A stretch of DNA of 64,000 nucleotides from Monodelphis domestica. Taxonomy: Eukaryota. Both the position numbers and the translations under genes were made by a program. Within the stretch, counting starts at the first letter, position 1, and every line of letters begins with the position of its first letter. Below the pieces are notes generated by a model, which ran no database searches, was not told the origin of the DNA, and saw nothing but the letters and a program-made list of their open reading frames with translations. Location: contig NC_077227.1 in the NCBI RefSeq assembly GCF_027887165.1, forward strand, positions 173,226,324-173,290,323. Reading direction: 5' to 3'. Below are positions 47,775 to 58,348 of the stretch, piece by piece.

Positions 47775-47928
47775 GTACAGATGTGGTCAGGATCCTTGGG
47801 CCGTCCCAAGGGGACTTTGGGTTCCTTGCCTCTCTCACCTGCCTTGTCTGTGGCTATCAGTCCAGATAGGGCTTTTGTGGCCGTTGGTCATCATTCAGAT
47901 GGTATCAGAATCTACAGGACCTCTTCAG
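47775..47928 (+). CDS. TEP1: TEP1 exon (VQMWSGSLGRPKGTLGSLPLSPALSVAISPDRAFVAVGHHSDGIRIYRTSS-)
   Basis: ttgtAG|GTA.. to ..TTCAG|GTATTG. Human VQVWSGSLGRPRGHLGSLSLSPALSVALSPDGDRVAVGYRADGIRIYKISS. Confidence 0.9.
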
Positions 47929-48049
47929 GTATTGGGATTTGGGGGTGGCAAGAGAAATGAATCGGGAAAGGACAGAAATTATTTGGCATAGGAGCTCAAG
48001 GAGAGGTCAAGCTTTGGGTCTCATTCTAAGCTGCTCTCTATTTGTCTAG

Positions 48050-48262
48050 GTACTGAGGAGGGTCAATGCCCAGTGTCAGATGCGGCAGTGTCTACACTGG
48101 CCTGGTTAAATCCCAAAGTCCTGGTGAGTGGTGGAGAAGATGGGAATCTTCAGTGCTGGATGCTTGCATATGTAACCCCCCACCGTCTCTGGCTCTTACC
48201 TGCACACCAGAAGGCTGTACTGGGCTTAGCCACTTCCCAGGAACTCCTTGCTTCTGCCTCAG
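48050..48262 (+). CDS. TEP1: TEP1 exon (-TEEGQCPVSDAAVSTLAWLNPKVLVSGGEDGNLQCWMLAYVTPHRLWLLPAHQKAVLGLATSQELLASAS-)
   Basis: gtctAG|GTAC.. to ..CCTCAG|GTATGC. Human ..VAVSALAWLSPKVLVSGAEDGSLQGW..LWLLSRFQKPVLGLATSQELLASAS. Confidence 0.9.
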
Positions 48263-49291
48263 GTATGCCAAAGAAATTGACAGAGAAAATAGTCATGGGC
48301 CAGGCATATGATATCTAGAATAGTCATAGATATGAGGGCCAGTCCAACCCTGGAAACCTATTCTTGGTTCCCATCAATTAGGTGGACTTATACTAATGGG
48401 AAGAGGTTAGTTAGCTTTGGCAAAGAGAGAGAGCTCTTCCTCTAAAGCAAGAAGGTAGAAATCAAGATGAAGGGATAGGAGGCTCTTCATGCCCCAGGGG
48501 CCTCATTCATCTCAGTGGAGGAAGGGGCTTTGTCATCTGCTAAGAACAAAATAACATTGGCAGCTGGCACTGAGCATTTGAGGAGAAATTCTGGAAAAGT
48601 CACTGTACTGTCAATGACTAAAAGAACTGCCAAGTTGTGATGAAGATCAAGTTAAGTGGGATAGCATCAATACTGATAGAGGGTAGATGTTACCTGTAAT
48701 GTGTTCTTAGCACTTAATTTGATGTACTATAAAATATCTTCTGTGGGCTTAACACTCGTGTGTCTTATCTTTGAACCTCAAAGCCTAGCTACAGTGCAAA
48801 TCTGTGTTCTTCCCAGTTGCCTCCACAGAACTCCAGTCTACTTTGTCCAATTCAGTTTATTTCAGTTTCATCTATTTTGTATGCAGAATACTGTGTGAGG
48901 TTCTGGAGGAGAACAAAGTTTGGATAAGTCATAGTTCCTGACCTAGCAGTCAGATATGACATAAACACAGATAGCTATAATACAGAATAATACCCAACTA
49001 TTACATGCATATGTAAAGAAGCATAAAATACTTCTGGAGGTCATATGGGAAATGGTTATTATTGTCCAAAGGTTTAGGGAAGGCTTTGTGAAAGGGGTAT
49101 TTGAGTTGAATTTGTAAAGATAGATGGAATTTCTGTAAATGAAGGAATAGGGGAAATTCATGTTGGATCATTGCCTCCAGTCTATCCTTGCTTCCCATAC
49201 CTTTAAATCTTTTCTCAGTCCCTAGATACTAAGCACACAGTTGTCTTTCTTTGTCCCTACTCTCTTTTCCTCTTTCTGTTGCCTACTGCAG

Positions 49292-49452
49292 AGGACTTTA
49301 CCGTGCGGTTGTGGTCACTACAGTTTCTGACCCAGCCAAATTTGGCAAAAAAGCTTCACCCTGGTAGAGAGCTCCGTGGGCACACAGGCCCCGTCACATG
49401 CTGCAGCTTCAGCCCTGATGGGGGCATCCTAGCCACGGGTAGCAGGGATCAG
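49292..49452 (+). CDS. TEP1: TEP1 exon (-DFTVRLWSLQFLTQPNLAKKLHPGRELRGHTGPVTCCSFSPDGGILATGSRDQ)
   Basis: tactgcAG|AGG.. to ..GATCAG|GTAAGC. Human EDFTVQLWPRQLLTRPHKAEDFPCGTELRGHEGPVSCCSFSTDGGSLATGGRDR. Confidence 0.9.
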
Positions 49453-50105
49453 GTAAGCTTCAAAAGAATGGCTCCTGGGCCTCTCCACCATCCACCCTTG
49501 CTCTGCCATACTAGACCACTGGAGCCTGCTGACATTATTGAATTCCTCAACTCTTACCCATGAGTTTCCATAACACCAACACCAAACAAACCAGTTCTAA
49601 GTTTTTCTCAAGCTAAAGTTTAACTGCTCCAATTTCTTCAGTTTTTATCAAAATACAAAAGAAAAACAAAAATAAAGAGGTATTTTTTTTCCAGATGGTA
49701 AATTTGACCCTTGTAAAATGAGGGATGCTAAAGGACATTTCACACATCTATTAAGAGAGATTATTCCAAAATGGAACCAAATACTTCTAGAATAGGATGA
49801 TTTCCCAAGCTCTCATGTTTAATTTATTTTCTCTCAAATCTCAGATACTTTAGAGAAGTTCATTTGATATTGAACTACATATCTATGTCTACATTTATAT
49901 CTTACATATAATATATATCTAATCTGTTGCCCTGTTTTGACTATTCTGTGTGGTTTGGGTCCTGAATATCTGCTTTGGTTTACTTTCCTTCCTTCCACAC
50001 TATATCTGTTTTACCCTTTTGTCTGTCTCTTATCTCATCTTAGCACACCTGTCCCTTTGTTGTTATTCTTACTTTGACCTTAATCCTAATGTCTCTTTCT
50101 CACAG

Positions 50106-50219
50106 AGCCTTTTGTGTTGGGATGTAAGGATGCCAGAAGCTCCTGTTGTGATGCATTCCCTCCCAGCTTGTCACCGTGACTGGGTTACTGGCTGTTCCTG
50201 GACCAAGGATGCCATGCTA
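50106..50219 (+). CDS. TEP1: TEP1 exon (SLLCWDVRMPEAPVVMHSLPACHRDWVTGCSWTKDAML)
   Basis: tctcacAG|AGC.. to ..ATGCTA|GTAAGT. Human SLLCWDVRTPKTPVLIHSFPACHRDWVTGCAWTKDNLL. Confidence 0.9.
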
Positions 50220-50609
50220 GTAAGTGGGAAATCCTTTTGGTAGGACAAATGTCAGGCTCCCTAACCCCTTCAGCCATTCCCTCTATAACTTGGCCCACGA
50301 TTTTCCATCATTTCCATGAAGTTTATAAATTGGTCAGTAATAATGAATAGTATTACCTCCCATGGGTTCATAATGGAAGGGCATGCTCAGATAGAGTAAC
50401 TAGCTATATGTCTTCTATATGGTGGCATCATACAGTGGGCATTAAATGGATGATGATCTAGGGCTGAAATGCAGCAGTTTTGTCTCCAAGTCTAGAGCCT
50501 CCCATGACTTCTTTGAATAAGGGAAGGAAGAGAAGGTAATAAAAATTTATATGTACCAGGCAGTGTGTTAAGTGGTTTTTTTTTTTAATATTATTTCATT
50601 TGATCCTTT

Positions 50610-50780
50610 CAACAACTCTGCAGGGTAGATGTTATTATTATCCCCATTTTACAGTTGAGGAAACTGAGGCAAATAATTACGTGACTTGCTCAGAGTTGTA
50701 CAGCTAGTATTTGTCTAAGAGTAGATTGGAACTCGGTCTTCCTGATTCCAGGCCCAATGCTTGAGATAATCAAAGTACTC
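50610..50780 (-). mobile_element. SINE (MIR-like core), minus orientation
   Basis: ..ccccattttacagttgaggaaactgaggcaaataattacgtgacttgctcagagttgtacagctagtatttgtctaagagtagattggaactcggtcttcctgattccaggccc... Confidence 0.7.
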
Positions 50781-52654
50781 TTCTAGGAATCCATTTGTTC
50801 CTACTCCCACCTCTAGGTGGCTATCTTTTTTCTTTTTGATTGATATTTTGTTTTTATGTTAGTCATATCCTGATAAACTATTCCCAACCATGAGCCTTTT
50901 CCCTTGTCACAGAGGACAGTTAAAACCAACTGACCAGCAAGCATTTATTAGGCACCTACTGTGTGACAGACTTTGTTCTAGTTGTTGACTAAAATCCATT
51001 CTAATGGGGGAGATTGAAAATGCACATGTAGGTATATACAGAACACAACAGAGCAAAAAACTATGTCCTTGGTGTCATGGGGGGGGAGGGGGAGAGTGGG
51101 AAGGGATGGGGAGACCAGGAAAGGTCACATGCAGAAGGTAGCACACAAGCTGAGTCCGGAAAGAAGCTAAGGACTCAACAAGGGCAGAGGTGGGTAGGAA
51201 AAATATGCCAGGCATGCAAGTCGGTACAAAAATATGGAGACTGGAGATGGAATATTATGGGGGGAGAACAGCAAGCTGGCAGGTATGGCTAGACCACAAA
51301 ATATGTACAGTGGAATTTTAAAGAAGACTAGAAAGGTAGACTAGGGCCAGATTATGAAAACGCTTTAAATGTCAAACAGGCATTTATATTGTTCATAGAA
51401 GTATTCAGGCATCCTTGGAGTTTGTCAGCTTAAGGGGGTAATGAGGGTGGATCTGCACTTGAGGAAAATCACTGGTGACAGTGTAGAAGATGAATTGGAG
51501 TGGGGAGAGACTTGAGGCTGAGACACCAATTAGGAAGCTATTGTGATAGTCCAGGTGAGAGATAACGAAAGCCTGAACTAGGATGGTGGTTATGTGCATG
51601 GAGAGAATGTAGTCTGTGAGAAATGTGATGAAGATAGAGGTCACCGGATTTAGCAGCTGATTGGATGTGTAGGGTCAGCACTGAGCTTGAGTACCTGGAA
51701 GACTTAGGGCTAGTAGTATTCTCAATAGTAATTGGGAAGTTTGGAAAAGAGTTCTGGGGAAAATATGATGAGCTTTATTTTGGACATGTTGAGTTAGAGA
51801 TGTGGAATATCCATTTTGAAAAATGTCCAATGGGTTGGTGGTGATGTGGATCTGAAATACAGGAGGGGCTGGATCCAGACATATAATCTGGGAGTCATCT
51901 GCTTAAAGATAATCATTGAACCCATGGGAGCTAAAGAGGTTATCAAATAAAAGTATGTAGAGAAGAGAAGAGGCCACAGGGCAGGGCCTCCAAGTATACT
52001 GACAGTTTGTAGATAAGACAAGGATGGTTTATCAAGAGACTGAGAAGGAGCAGTTATGTAGGAGAAAGACTGCAGGAGAACACAGTCATAAAAACTCAGG
52101 AAAGAGAAGAGAAAATATCCAGAAGGAGATAGCACAATACTAGTGCTAAGTCATATCAACACACACTTATTAAGCATCTTCTGTGTGCCAGACACTGTGC
52201 TAAGTAAGCACCGTGTCAAAGACAGGCAAAAGACAGACCCTGCCATCAAAGAGTTTGTAGTTTAATGGGAGAGATGACACACAACTATGCACAAACAAAA
52301 TATAGACAGGAGAAAATGGAGGCAGTAGCATTACAGTAATCAGGAAAGGCTTCTTGTATAAGATGAGATTTTAGATAGGACTTGAAGGAAGGCAGCAGAT
52401 GAAAATAAAGAATTCTGGCCACGGGGACGTTGATTAAAGATGCCTCGAGGTAGGAGATGGGAGCATCTTGCTCAAGAACATAAAGAATACATGGTGGGTA
52501 GTAAGGTGTAAGGAAATGGGAAAGGCAGAAGGAAAGCCAAATTATGATGCTATTTAAAAGCCAAAGGATTTTATATTTAATCTTGGAGGTGACGGGGAGC
52601 CACCAGAGTTTGAGGGCAACTAGGAGGCACATTGGATAAGGATGCAGGACCTGG

Positions 52655-52850
52655 AGTCAGCAAAATTCATCTTCTCTGAATTCAAAGATGTTTACTAGCT
52701 AGGTGACCGTCTACATGTCACTTAACTTTGTTTATCTCCATTTCCTCATCTATAAAATGAGCTGGAGAAGGAAATAGCAAACCACTCCTGTTTCTGCCAA
52801 GAAAACCCTAAATGGGGTCACAGTCAGACACAACTGAAAATGAGTAAATA
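52655..52850 (+). mobile_element. MIR/MAR1-like SINE
   Basis: ..tttactagctaggtgaccgtctacatgtcacttaac..ctataaaatgagctggagaaggaaatagcaaaccactcctgtttctgccaagaaaaccctaaatggggtcacagtcagacacaactgaaaatgag. Confidence 0.75.
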
Positions 52851-52865
52851 TCAAGAGTTTTCTGA

Positions 52866-53012
52866 AGAGCCAGGCCTAGAGATGGGAGGTCCTAGGTTCA
52901 AATTTGGCCTCAGACACTTCCTAGCTTTGTGACCCTGGGCAAGTCACTTGACCCCCATTGCCTAGCCCTTACCACTCTTCTGCCTTGGAAGATAAGGTTT
53001 AAAAAAAAAAGT
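52866..53012 (+). mobile_element. tRNA-derived SINE, 5'-truncated
   Basis: agagccaggcctagagatgggaggtcctaggttcaaatttggcctcagacacttcctagctttgtgaccctgggcaagtcacttgaccc..(A)n. Confidence 0.85.
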
Positions 53013-54152
53013 TTCCTGAATATAGGGGGAGTGATGTGGTCATCCCTGTGTTTTAGAAAGATCAGTTTGACTGGTCATTGGAAGATGGGCTGGAGCCAAA
53101 GAGGCATAAGGAAGATAGACCAACCCACTGGTTATTGTGTTAGTCCAAATATGGGGTGATATGAGCCTGCACTGGAGCGATGATAGACAAGTCAATAGAA
53201 GGGAGACATATGTGAGAGATATTATGAAAGTAAAATTGACAGGCTTTAGCATGTCTATGGGGGATGAGAGAGTGAGGAGTCTAGGATGACACCTATTTTG
53301 TGAGACTGGGTGACTTGGCAGGAAAGTTAGGAAGAGAGTAAGAAAGTGTCAGTGTCAGACAACATATACAACAAGAAATTACACACTTATCAAAGGAAAG
53401 GAAGGAGAAGTGTATATCCACCTTTACCAACCCAGGGCCAAGGGTGGTTATTACAGTGTTACATTTGGTTTCTTTTTAATGTTGTTTTGACTTCACTAGA
53501 GCCATCAGGCATATACAGGATCCCTCATTTATCGCAGGAGTTCCAGGCATTATATTTATTTTATTATTTATCTGTATTTTAAAGCTTTATAAACCCTTCC
53601 CCCTCTCCCATAAACCTTTTCCACACTTATTAATCTAAAGTCAGTGCCCAGGATACAGAACACAGCACTGTGATTGGTCGCCTTTCATTCCATCGGCCAA
53701 TAGTGTGCTGTGATAAGTGTAACTCCCTGAAACAGAATTCGATATTTTTTTTAAAAACCCTTGATACAGTGAACCGCAATGTAGCGAGGGATGACTGTAT
53801 TGCTTTCCTACTTCTTCTATTGGCTTCACTCTATCAGTTCACGCTAATCTTCCTGTTTCTCTAGATTCCTCATGTCTGATTTATATGGCATAGTATTGGT
53901 TCAGTACATTCACACATCCTGGTGTTTCATGCCCCAATGGATTAGCAGCCACATTTTCAGGTTCTAGCTAGCCCTTTACCCACACAGATGGATGGCTGGG
54001 CAGGCAGACATCTAGTATTCTGCCAAATCAGAATGGCACCCTGAAAGGGGCTGAAGACAGGCTGTACCTCCAGCCCTGGGGCTTCTAGATAGCCTCTGCC
54101 AAATAAAATCAAAAGACGGAATGTCCTTCATCGATGACCTCTTAATTCGCAG

Positions 54153-54260
54153 CTCTCCTGCTCCAATGACGGTTCTGTACGGCTGTGGGACCCTGTATCC
54201 GGCCAGCAGCTTGGCCAGTTTCTGGGTCATCAGAGTGCAGTGAGCACTGTGGTGGCTGTG
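54153..54260 (+). CDS. TEP1: TEP1 exon (LSCSNDGSVRLWDPVSGQQLGQFLGHQSAVSTVVAV)
   Basis: aattcgcAG|CTC.. to ..GCTGTG|GTAAGG. Human ISCSSDGSVGLWDPESGQRLGQFLGHQSAVSAVAAV. Confidence 0.9.
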
Positions 54261-54307
54261 GTAAGGAAGGAATGATGGGGTGGGCTTCATGATGGGGAAA
54301 TGAGCAT

Positions 54308-54319
54308 GGGGGGGGGGGG
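54308..54319. repeat. poly(G) about 11 nt (intronic)
   Basis: catggggggggggggtgaggg. Confidence 0.85.
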
Positions 54320-54691
54320 TGAGGGCTAAGGTAGAATTGGGACAATCAAATGACTTGAATATTTTGTCTGAGTTATATAGGTTAGTCAGTCAGTAAGCAT
54401 TTGTTAAGCACTGACTACATGTCAGGCCTTTGGCTATATACTGGAGATAGAAAGAAAGCTACTCGGTGCTCTCTAGAGGCTGCTTTGTGTGGGTAAGGAG
54501 GTAGGAGTGAAGGGTCTGGGAAGAAGGGGCAAGGAATGCTTTTCTTAAAATTATTTTTATTAGTTAATCTAGAATACTTTTCCATGGTTACAAGATTCAT
54601 GTTCTTTCCCTCACCTCTCACCAATTCCCTCCCGTAAAGGGATGCTTTCTAGGAAGAAGGGTGATACATCGGAAGTGAGCTAGCTGATTGG

Positions 54692-54895
54692 GGGCAGCTG
54701 GGTAGCTCAGTGGATTGAGATCCAGGCCTAGAGATGGGAGGTCCTAGGTTCAAATTTGGCCTCAGACACTTCCCAGCTGTGTGACCCTGGGCAAGTCACT
54801 TGACCCCCATTGCCTAGCCTTTACCGCTCTTCTGCCTTGGAACCAATACACAGTATTGATTCCAAGATGGAAGGTAAGGGTTTAAAAAAAAAAAG
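54692..54895 (+). mobile_element. tRNA-derived SINE, full length
   Basis: gggggcagctgggtagctcagtggattgagatccaggcctagagatgggaggtcctaggttcaaatttgg.. ..ggaaggtaagggtttaaaaaaaaaa. Confidence 0.9.
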
Positions 54896-55114
54896 TGAGC
54901 TGATTACAGAATTGTTATGTTGAGCCACTTAACTACCTCCCTAGATTTGATTACTTATTCCATACCATTTAAACTGAACACTGTTACCTAATTCATTCCC
55001 CTCTCTTGCTGGAATGGGTGTGTGAGTGGTGAGACAAGCTATGGCAAAATCCACACATAACCTCCCCTCACCATAACCATGATTTTGATGGTGGGGGGTG
55101 GGGGGATGGAGCAG

Positions 55115-55247
55115 GAGGAGCACGTAGTATCTGTGGACCGAGATGGAGTCCTAAAAGTGTGGAACCTCCGTGGTGTGGAGCTGACAAGTATTCCTGCCCA
55201 CTCTGGACCCATCAGCCACTGTGTGGCCATCCAGGAGCCTCGTACAG
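55115..55247 (+). CDS. TEP1: TEP1 exon (EEHVVSVDRDGVLKVWNLRGVELTSIPAHSGPISHCVAIQEPRT-)
   Basis: ggatggagcAG|GAG.. (weak, G-rich polypyrimidine region) to ..ACAG|GTAACA. Human EEHVVSVSRDGTLKVWDHQGVELTSIPAHSGPISHCAAAMEPRA. Confidence 0.8.
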
Positions 55248-55333
55248 GTAACAGAACTCCCTCCCTTCATCTCTGTTCTTTTCTTTGGCCCTTTGCCTAA
55301 CCTCCTCCAATCATCTCCATCTCTTCTCATCAG

Positions 55334-55410
55334 CTGGACAGCCTGGGTCAGAGCTCTTGGTCATAACTGTTGGCCTGGATGGGGCCACACGGCTGTGGCA
55401 TCCACTGCTG
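55334..55410 (+). CDS. TEP1: TEP1 exon (-GQPGSELLVITVGLDGATRLWHPLL)
   Basis: tctcatcAG|CTGG.. to ..CTGCTG|GTGAGT. Human AGQPGSELLVVTVGLDGATRLWHPLL. Confidence 0.9.
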
Positions 55411-55500
55411 GTGAGTCCCCGGTGGGGGCTGAGGGAAAGGGGGAAGATAAAGCCTCAACCATGGTTGTGTGGGTTATTTGCCATCTCTGTTGCCCCGTAG

Positions 55501-55630
55501 GTGTTTCAGACACATACTCTTCTAGGACATAGTGGTCCAATCATTTCTGCTGCAGCCTCAGAGACCTTGGGTCTTCTGCTGACCGCCTCCAAAGATGGCT
55601 CAGTGAGGCTCTGGCATGTGCCGAAAGAAG
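55501..55630 (+). CDS. TEP1: TEP1 exon (VFQTHTLLGHSGPIISAAASETLGLLLTASKDGSVRLWHVPKE-)
   Basis: ccccgtAG|GTG.. to ..GAAG|GTAAGT. Human VCQTHTLLGHSGPVRAAAVSETSGLMLTASEDGSVRLWQVPKEA. Confidence 0.9.
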
Positions 55631-55870
55631 GTAAGTGTGGAGCTGGGAGTCAGGTGGGAGCTTGAATCCCTTCTCTCACTCCAACTCTGGCTCCCCATAT
55701 ATGTCTCTACATACTATTTACGTGCTTGTTAATTGTTACATTTGGACACTACAGACACTCCCCAGCAAACACTCAATCAGAACCCTGACGGCCTATTTCC
55801 CAAAAAGGTTCGATTCACTATTGCACAGTAGTATGTGATCTCTCATCATTTGTCTTGCTCTTCCTCTCCA

Positions 55871-56007
55871 GATGACACAGGTGCTGGTGAAAGACCCACA
55901 GCCATTACTGCTGTGGCCTGGGCTCCTGATGGTTCTCTGGCAGTGTCTGGCAGCCAGGCTGGGGAGCTAATCCTATGGCAGGATGCCAAAGCTGTAGCCA
56001 GAGCTCA
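55871..56007 (+). CDS. TEP1: TEP1 exon (-DTGAGERPTAITAVAWAPDGSLAVSGSQAGELILWQDAKAVARAQ)
   Basis: ctctccAG|ATGAC.. to ..GCTCAG|GTGAGT. Human DDTCIPRSSAAVTAVAWAPDGSMAVSGNQAGELILWQEAKAVATAQ. Confidence 0.9.
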
Positions 56008-56171
56008 GGTGAGTAGGGGTGGCATCTGTTTTGTGGGGGGGCCATCCCAGGCCTTAGTGCTTAGTAATGTGCCCTTGGAGTGGAAGTTGGGCCTATGTTT
56101 GAAAGGGAGGGGGGTCTGGGAAGGCTGGTTCCAGACTCAAGATACCGAGTTCATCTTGTGATCTATACCAG

Positions 56172-56293
56172 GTCCCTGGCCGAGTCAGTGCACTGTGCTG
56201 GATCTCTCCACAAACTTTCTTTGCCCTGATCAGTGACAAAAACCTCATCAAGTGGCAGGTGAAAAAGGAGGGTCTCCTGCTCGACATTTTCAG
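56172..56293 (+). CDS. TEP1: TEP1 exon (VPGRVSALCWISPQTFFALISDKNLIKWQVKKEGLLLDIF-)
   Basis: ataccAG|GTC.. to ..TTCAG|GTGAAA. Human APGHIGALIWSSAHTFFVLSADEKISEWQVKLRKGSAPGNLSLHLN. Confidence 0.8.
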
Positions 56294-56495
56294 GTGAAAT
56301 GGAGTAAACAGGGGCAGCAGGGGCTTTAATCACTGACCAAAGGAGAACTCGGTCAAATCATTACCTCCAAAAAATTGGATGAAATATTCCTGAAAGATTT
56401 TAATTGCTTTCATTCAGTCCTGTGTGATCCAGGGGTGGGTTCTGATAGAATATGATAGGATTTAGACAATTTCCTCCTCTCTATTAATTTCCCAG

Positions 56496-56642
56496 CCTGG
56501 GCCATGATCTTCAACTGAACCAGCAGGATTCACACAATCTGTTATCTGGTATGGACTTGGCCCCAGATAGATGCTCTCTCATCTTAGCAAAGCCACTTTT
56601 GGGGATGTTACTGAAAGTAGATTCTACTCCCTCTGAATTCTG
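56496..56642 (+). CDS. TEP1: TEP1 exon (-LGHDLQLNQQDSHNLLSGMDLAPDRCSLILAKPLLGMLLKVDSTPSEF-)
   Basis: tttcccAG|CCTG.. to ..TTCTG|GTAAGA. Human ILQEDLGVLTSLDWAPDGHFLILAKADLKLLCMKPGDAPSEIW. Confidence 0.75.
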
Positions 56643-56837
56643 GTAAGATCTTAAGTACTTCCTTCTTCCCAAGTTGGGCTATGAGTGGGAAGAACCTTCT
56701 GGATATGAAGGTTTTATCTAACTTACATAGCCCAAGCCTCCTTTCTCTAAAGCTGATCTTGCTAAGGAGTCATGAATACAGATCTACTGGGTCATGAGAA
56801 AAGGTTCCAAATTCTATCTCTGTTTCTTTCATCCTAG

Positions 56838-56934
56838 GCACAAACTCTCTCTTCATAGCCTCACCCTATTTTCTACCCATGAGGAACATGGTGTTTTCTC
56901 CCTGGACACTCTGAGAAATGTACTATCTATCCAT
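56838..56934 (+). CDS. TEP1: TEP1 exon (-HKLSLHSLTLFSTHEEHGVFSLDTLRNVLSIH)
   Basis: atcctAG|GCAC.. to ..ATCCAT|GTAAGT. Human SSYTENPMILSTHKEYGIFVLQPKDPGVLSFLRQK. Confidence 0.75.
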
Positions 56935-57278
56935 GTAAGTTTTGCATGTGTGGCTAAATGCTTTTCTGAATATAAGCTCCTTGAAAATATGAAAAGTATG
57001 GATAGTTTGATTATCTGTATTTGTATCCCAGCACCTAGAATGCTGTCTGGCTTCTGGATTGATAGACAGGTGCGATTCATTGATCTTTTTACATTCATGC
57101 TATGTGCCCAATTATACAAAGTTTCTTGGAGACAGATACATTTTCTGTTTTGCCTAACTTAGGTACTTAAATGTTGGTTTCTTTGGTATAGCTAAGGTTA
57201 GCAGATGGCTGTAGTTCAGAGAATCCTTCAGATAAACTATAACTGAATTGGAGGTAAATTGGCTGATTGGTAGTATGT

Positions 57279-57306
57279 ACACACACACGCGCGCGCACAC
57301 GCACAC
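57279..57306. repeat. (AC)n/(GC)n dinucleotide repeat
   Basis: acacacacacgcgcgcgcacacgcacac. Confidence 0.9.
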
Positions 57307-57336
57307 CTGTACGTCTTCCCATCTGTCCCTCAATAG

Positions 57337-57442
57337 CAGCAGACAGAATCATCAGTACTGGAGCACATAAAAGATTTTGATCTACAACTGGAAAATCCCA
57401 GAGGAACTCCACTGTGGATAACTCAAGCCAAGCCTGAGTCTG
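57337..57442 (+). CDS. TEP1: TEP1 exon (QQTESSVLEHIKDFDLQLENPRGTPLWITQAKPES-)
   Basis: ctcaatAG|CAG.. to ..GTCTG|GTAAGC. Human ESGEFEERLNFDINLENPSRTLISITQAKPESE. Confidence 0.85.
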
Positions 57443-57547
57443 GTAAGCTGGCAAAGGATCCAAGGGAGCAGAGACCTGACGGGGAAGAGGTGCATGCTGG
57501 GAGTCTGGTGGCTTGCTTAGGTTTTAACTCTGCCCTGGGAATGGCAG

Positions 57548-57696
57548 ACTCTGCTTTTCTATGTGCCAGCTCAGAAGGGGTTCTTTGGAACATGGCAGAA
57601 TGTACCCCTGAGGGAGACTGGGTCACTGACAACATATGGCAGGACACAGAAGAGGAATTTGATTTCCCAAAGTTGAAAACACAATACTCCAAGAAG
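57548..57696 (+). CDS. TEP1: TEP1 exon (-SAFLCASSEGVLWNMAECTPEGDWVTDNIWQDTEEEFDFPKLKTQYSKK)
   Basis: aatggcAG|ACTC.. to ..AAGAAG|GTGAGA. Human SSFLCASSDGILWNLAKCSPEGEWTTGNMWQKK..HLKTRQRRK. Confidence 0.85.
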
Positions 57697-57776
57697 GTGA
57701 GATTAGACACAAAGTGAGACAGGTTGGTGATAGGTAGGGCTGTGGAGGAGCTGAGGATGCCTCTCTCTCTCTTTAG

Positions 57777-57881
57777 ATTCATTCTGGTTCAGTCACAGCC
57801 CTCCATGTGCTCCCTAAAGTGCTACTGACAGCCTCCGAGGACCGAGATGTAAAGCTTTGGGAGAAACCCAACCTACAGCTG
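57777..57881 (+). CDS. TEP1: TEP1 exon (IHSGSVTALHVLPKVLLTASEDRDVKLWEKPNLQL)
   Basis: ctctttAG|ATT.. to ..CAGCTG|GTGAGC. Human IHSGSVTALHVLPELLVTASKDRDVKLWERPSMQL. Confidence 0.9.
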
Positions 57882-58053
57882 GTGAGCATGACAGTATTTA
57901 TGAGAAAACAGAGACTTGAATGGCACAGGGAGGGAAAAACTTAGTATTATGGCCAGCTCTATAAATCCTATAATGAAAGCCTTCAAGTGAGACAGTTGGG
58001 AAGATATGCCAGGGGAAAAGCCTAAAACCGTGTTGTTCTTTTGTCTGTTACAG

Positions 58054-58176
58054 AGGGGCCTCTTCCGTTGTGAGGGAGCAGTAAGCTGTGTGGAGCCAAG
58101 ACCTGGGCCTGGGCCTACACTGCAGCTGGCTGTGGGAGATGCCCAGGGCCACGTATACTTTTTGTCATGGGAGTAA
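58054..58176 (+). CDS. TEP1: TEP1 terminal coding exon (RGLFRCEGAVSCVEPRPGPGPTLQLAVGDAQGHVYFLSWE*). Stop TAA at 58174-58176.
   Basis: ctgttacAG|AGG... Human LGLFRCEGSVSCLEPWLGANSTLQLAVGDVQGNVYFLNWE*. Confidence 0.9.
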   Translation, partial: RGLFRCEGAVSCVEPRPGPGPTLQLAVGDAQGHVYFLSWE

Positions 58177-58245
58177 GGTAGTTAGACAGAAACAACTCTG
58201 GAGAGACAAAGTCTGAGGATGCCACAATGACAGGTTTTCAATATA

Positions 58246-58251
58246 TTTATT
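58246..58251 (-). terminator. PARP2: PARP2 poly(A) signal AATAAA on the minus strand (forward tttatt), about 100 nt 3' of the PARP2 stop
   Basis: Reverse complement of 58243-58252 reads ataAATAAAtat. Only canonical hexamer 3' of the PARP2 stop before TEP1 coding sequence. Confidence 0.6.
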
Positions 58252-58254
58252 ATA

Positions 58255-58260
58255 TATAAA
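58255..58260 (+). terminator. TEP1: Candidate TEP1 poly(A) signal, variant hexamer TATAAA. No canonical AATAAA occurs within about 900 nt downstream on the plus strand.
   Basis: Seen in sequence: ..atatatttattatatataaatatcagc... Confidence 0.3.
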
Positions 58261-58348
58261 TATCAGCAAAAGCACAAGTGTTATATTGTCTAATTTGTCA
58301 CTGGAGAGCTAGCCCGAGGAAGGCAGAAAACAAAGGATCTCATCTCCC

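Larger units (their letters stand above)
5880..58290 (+). other. TEP1: TEP1 gene span (telomerase-associated protein 1 / vault protein). Exon 1 is putative, with 54 coding exons.
   Basis: Spliced translation is collinear with human TEP1 along the whole protein (TROVE, DUF4062/NACHT, WD40 array, C-terminus ..GHVYFLSWE*). Confidence 0.9.
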
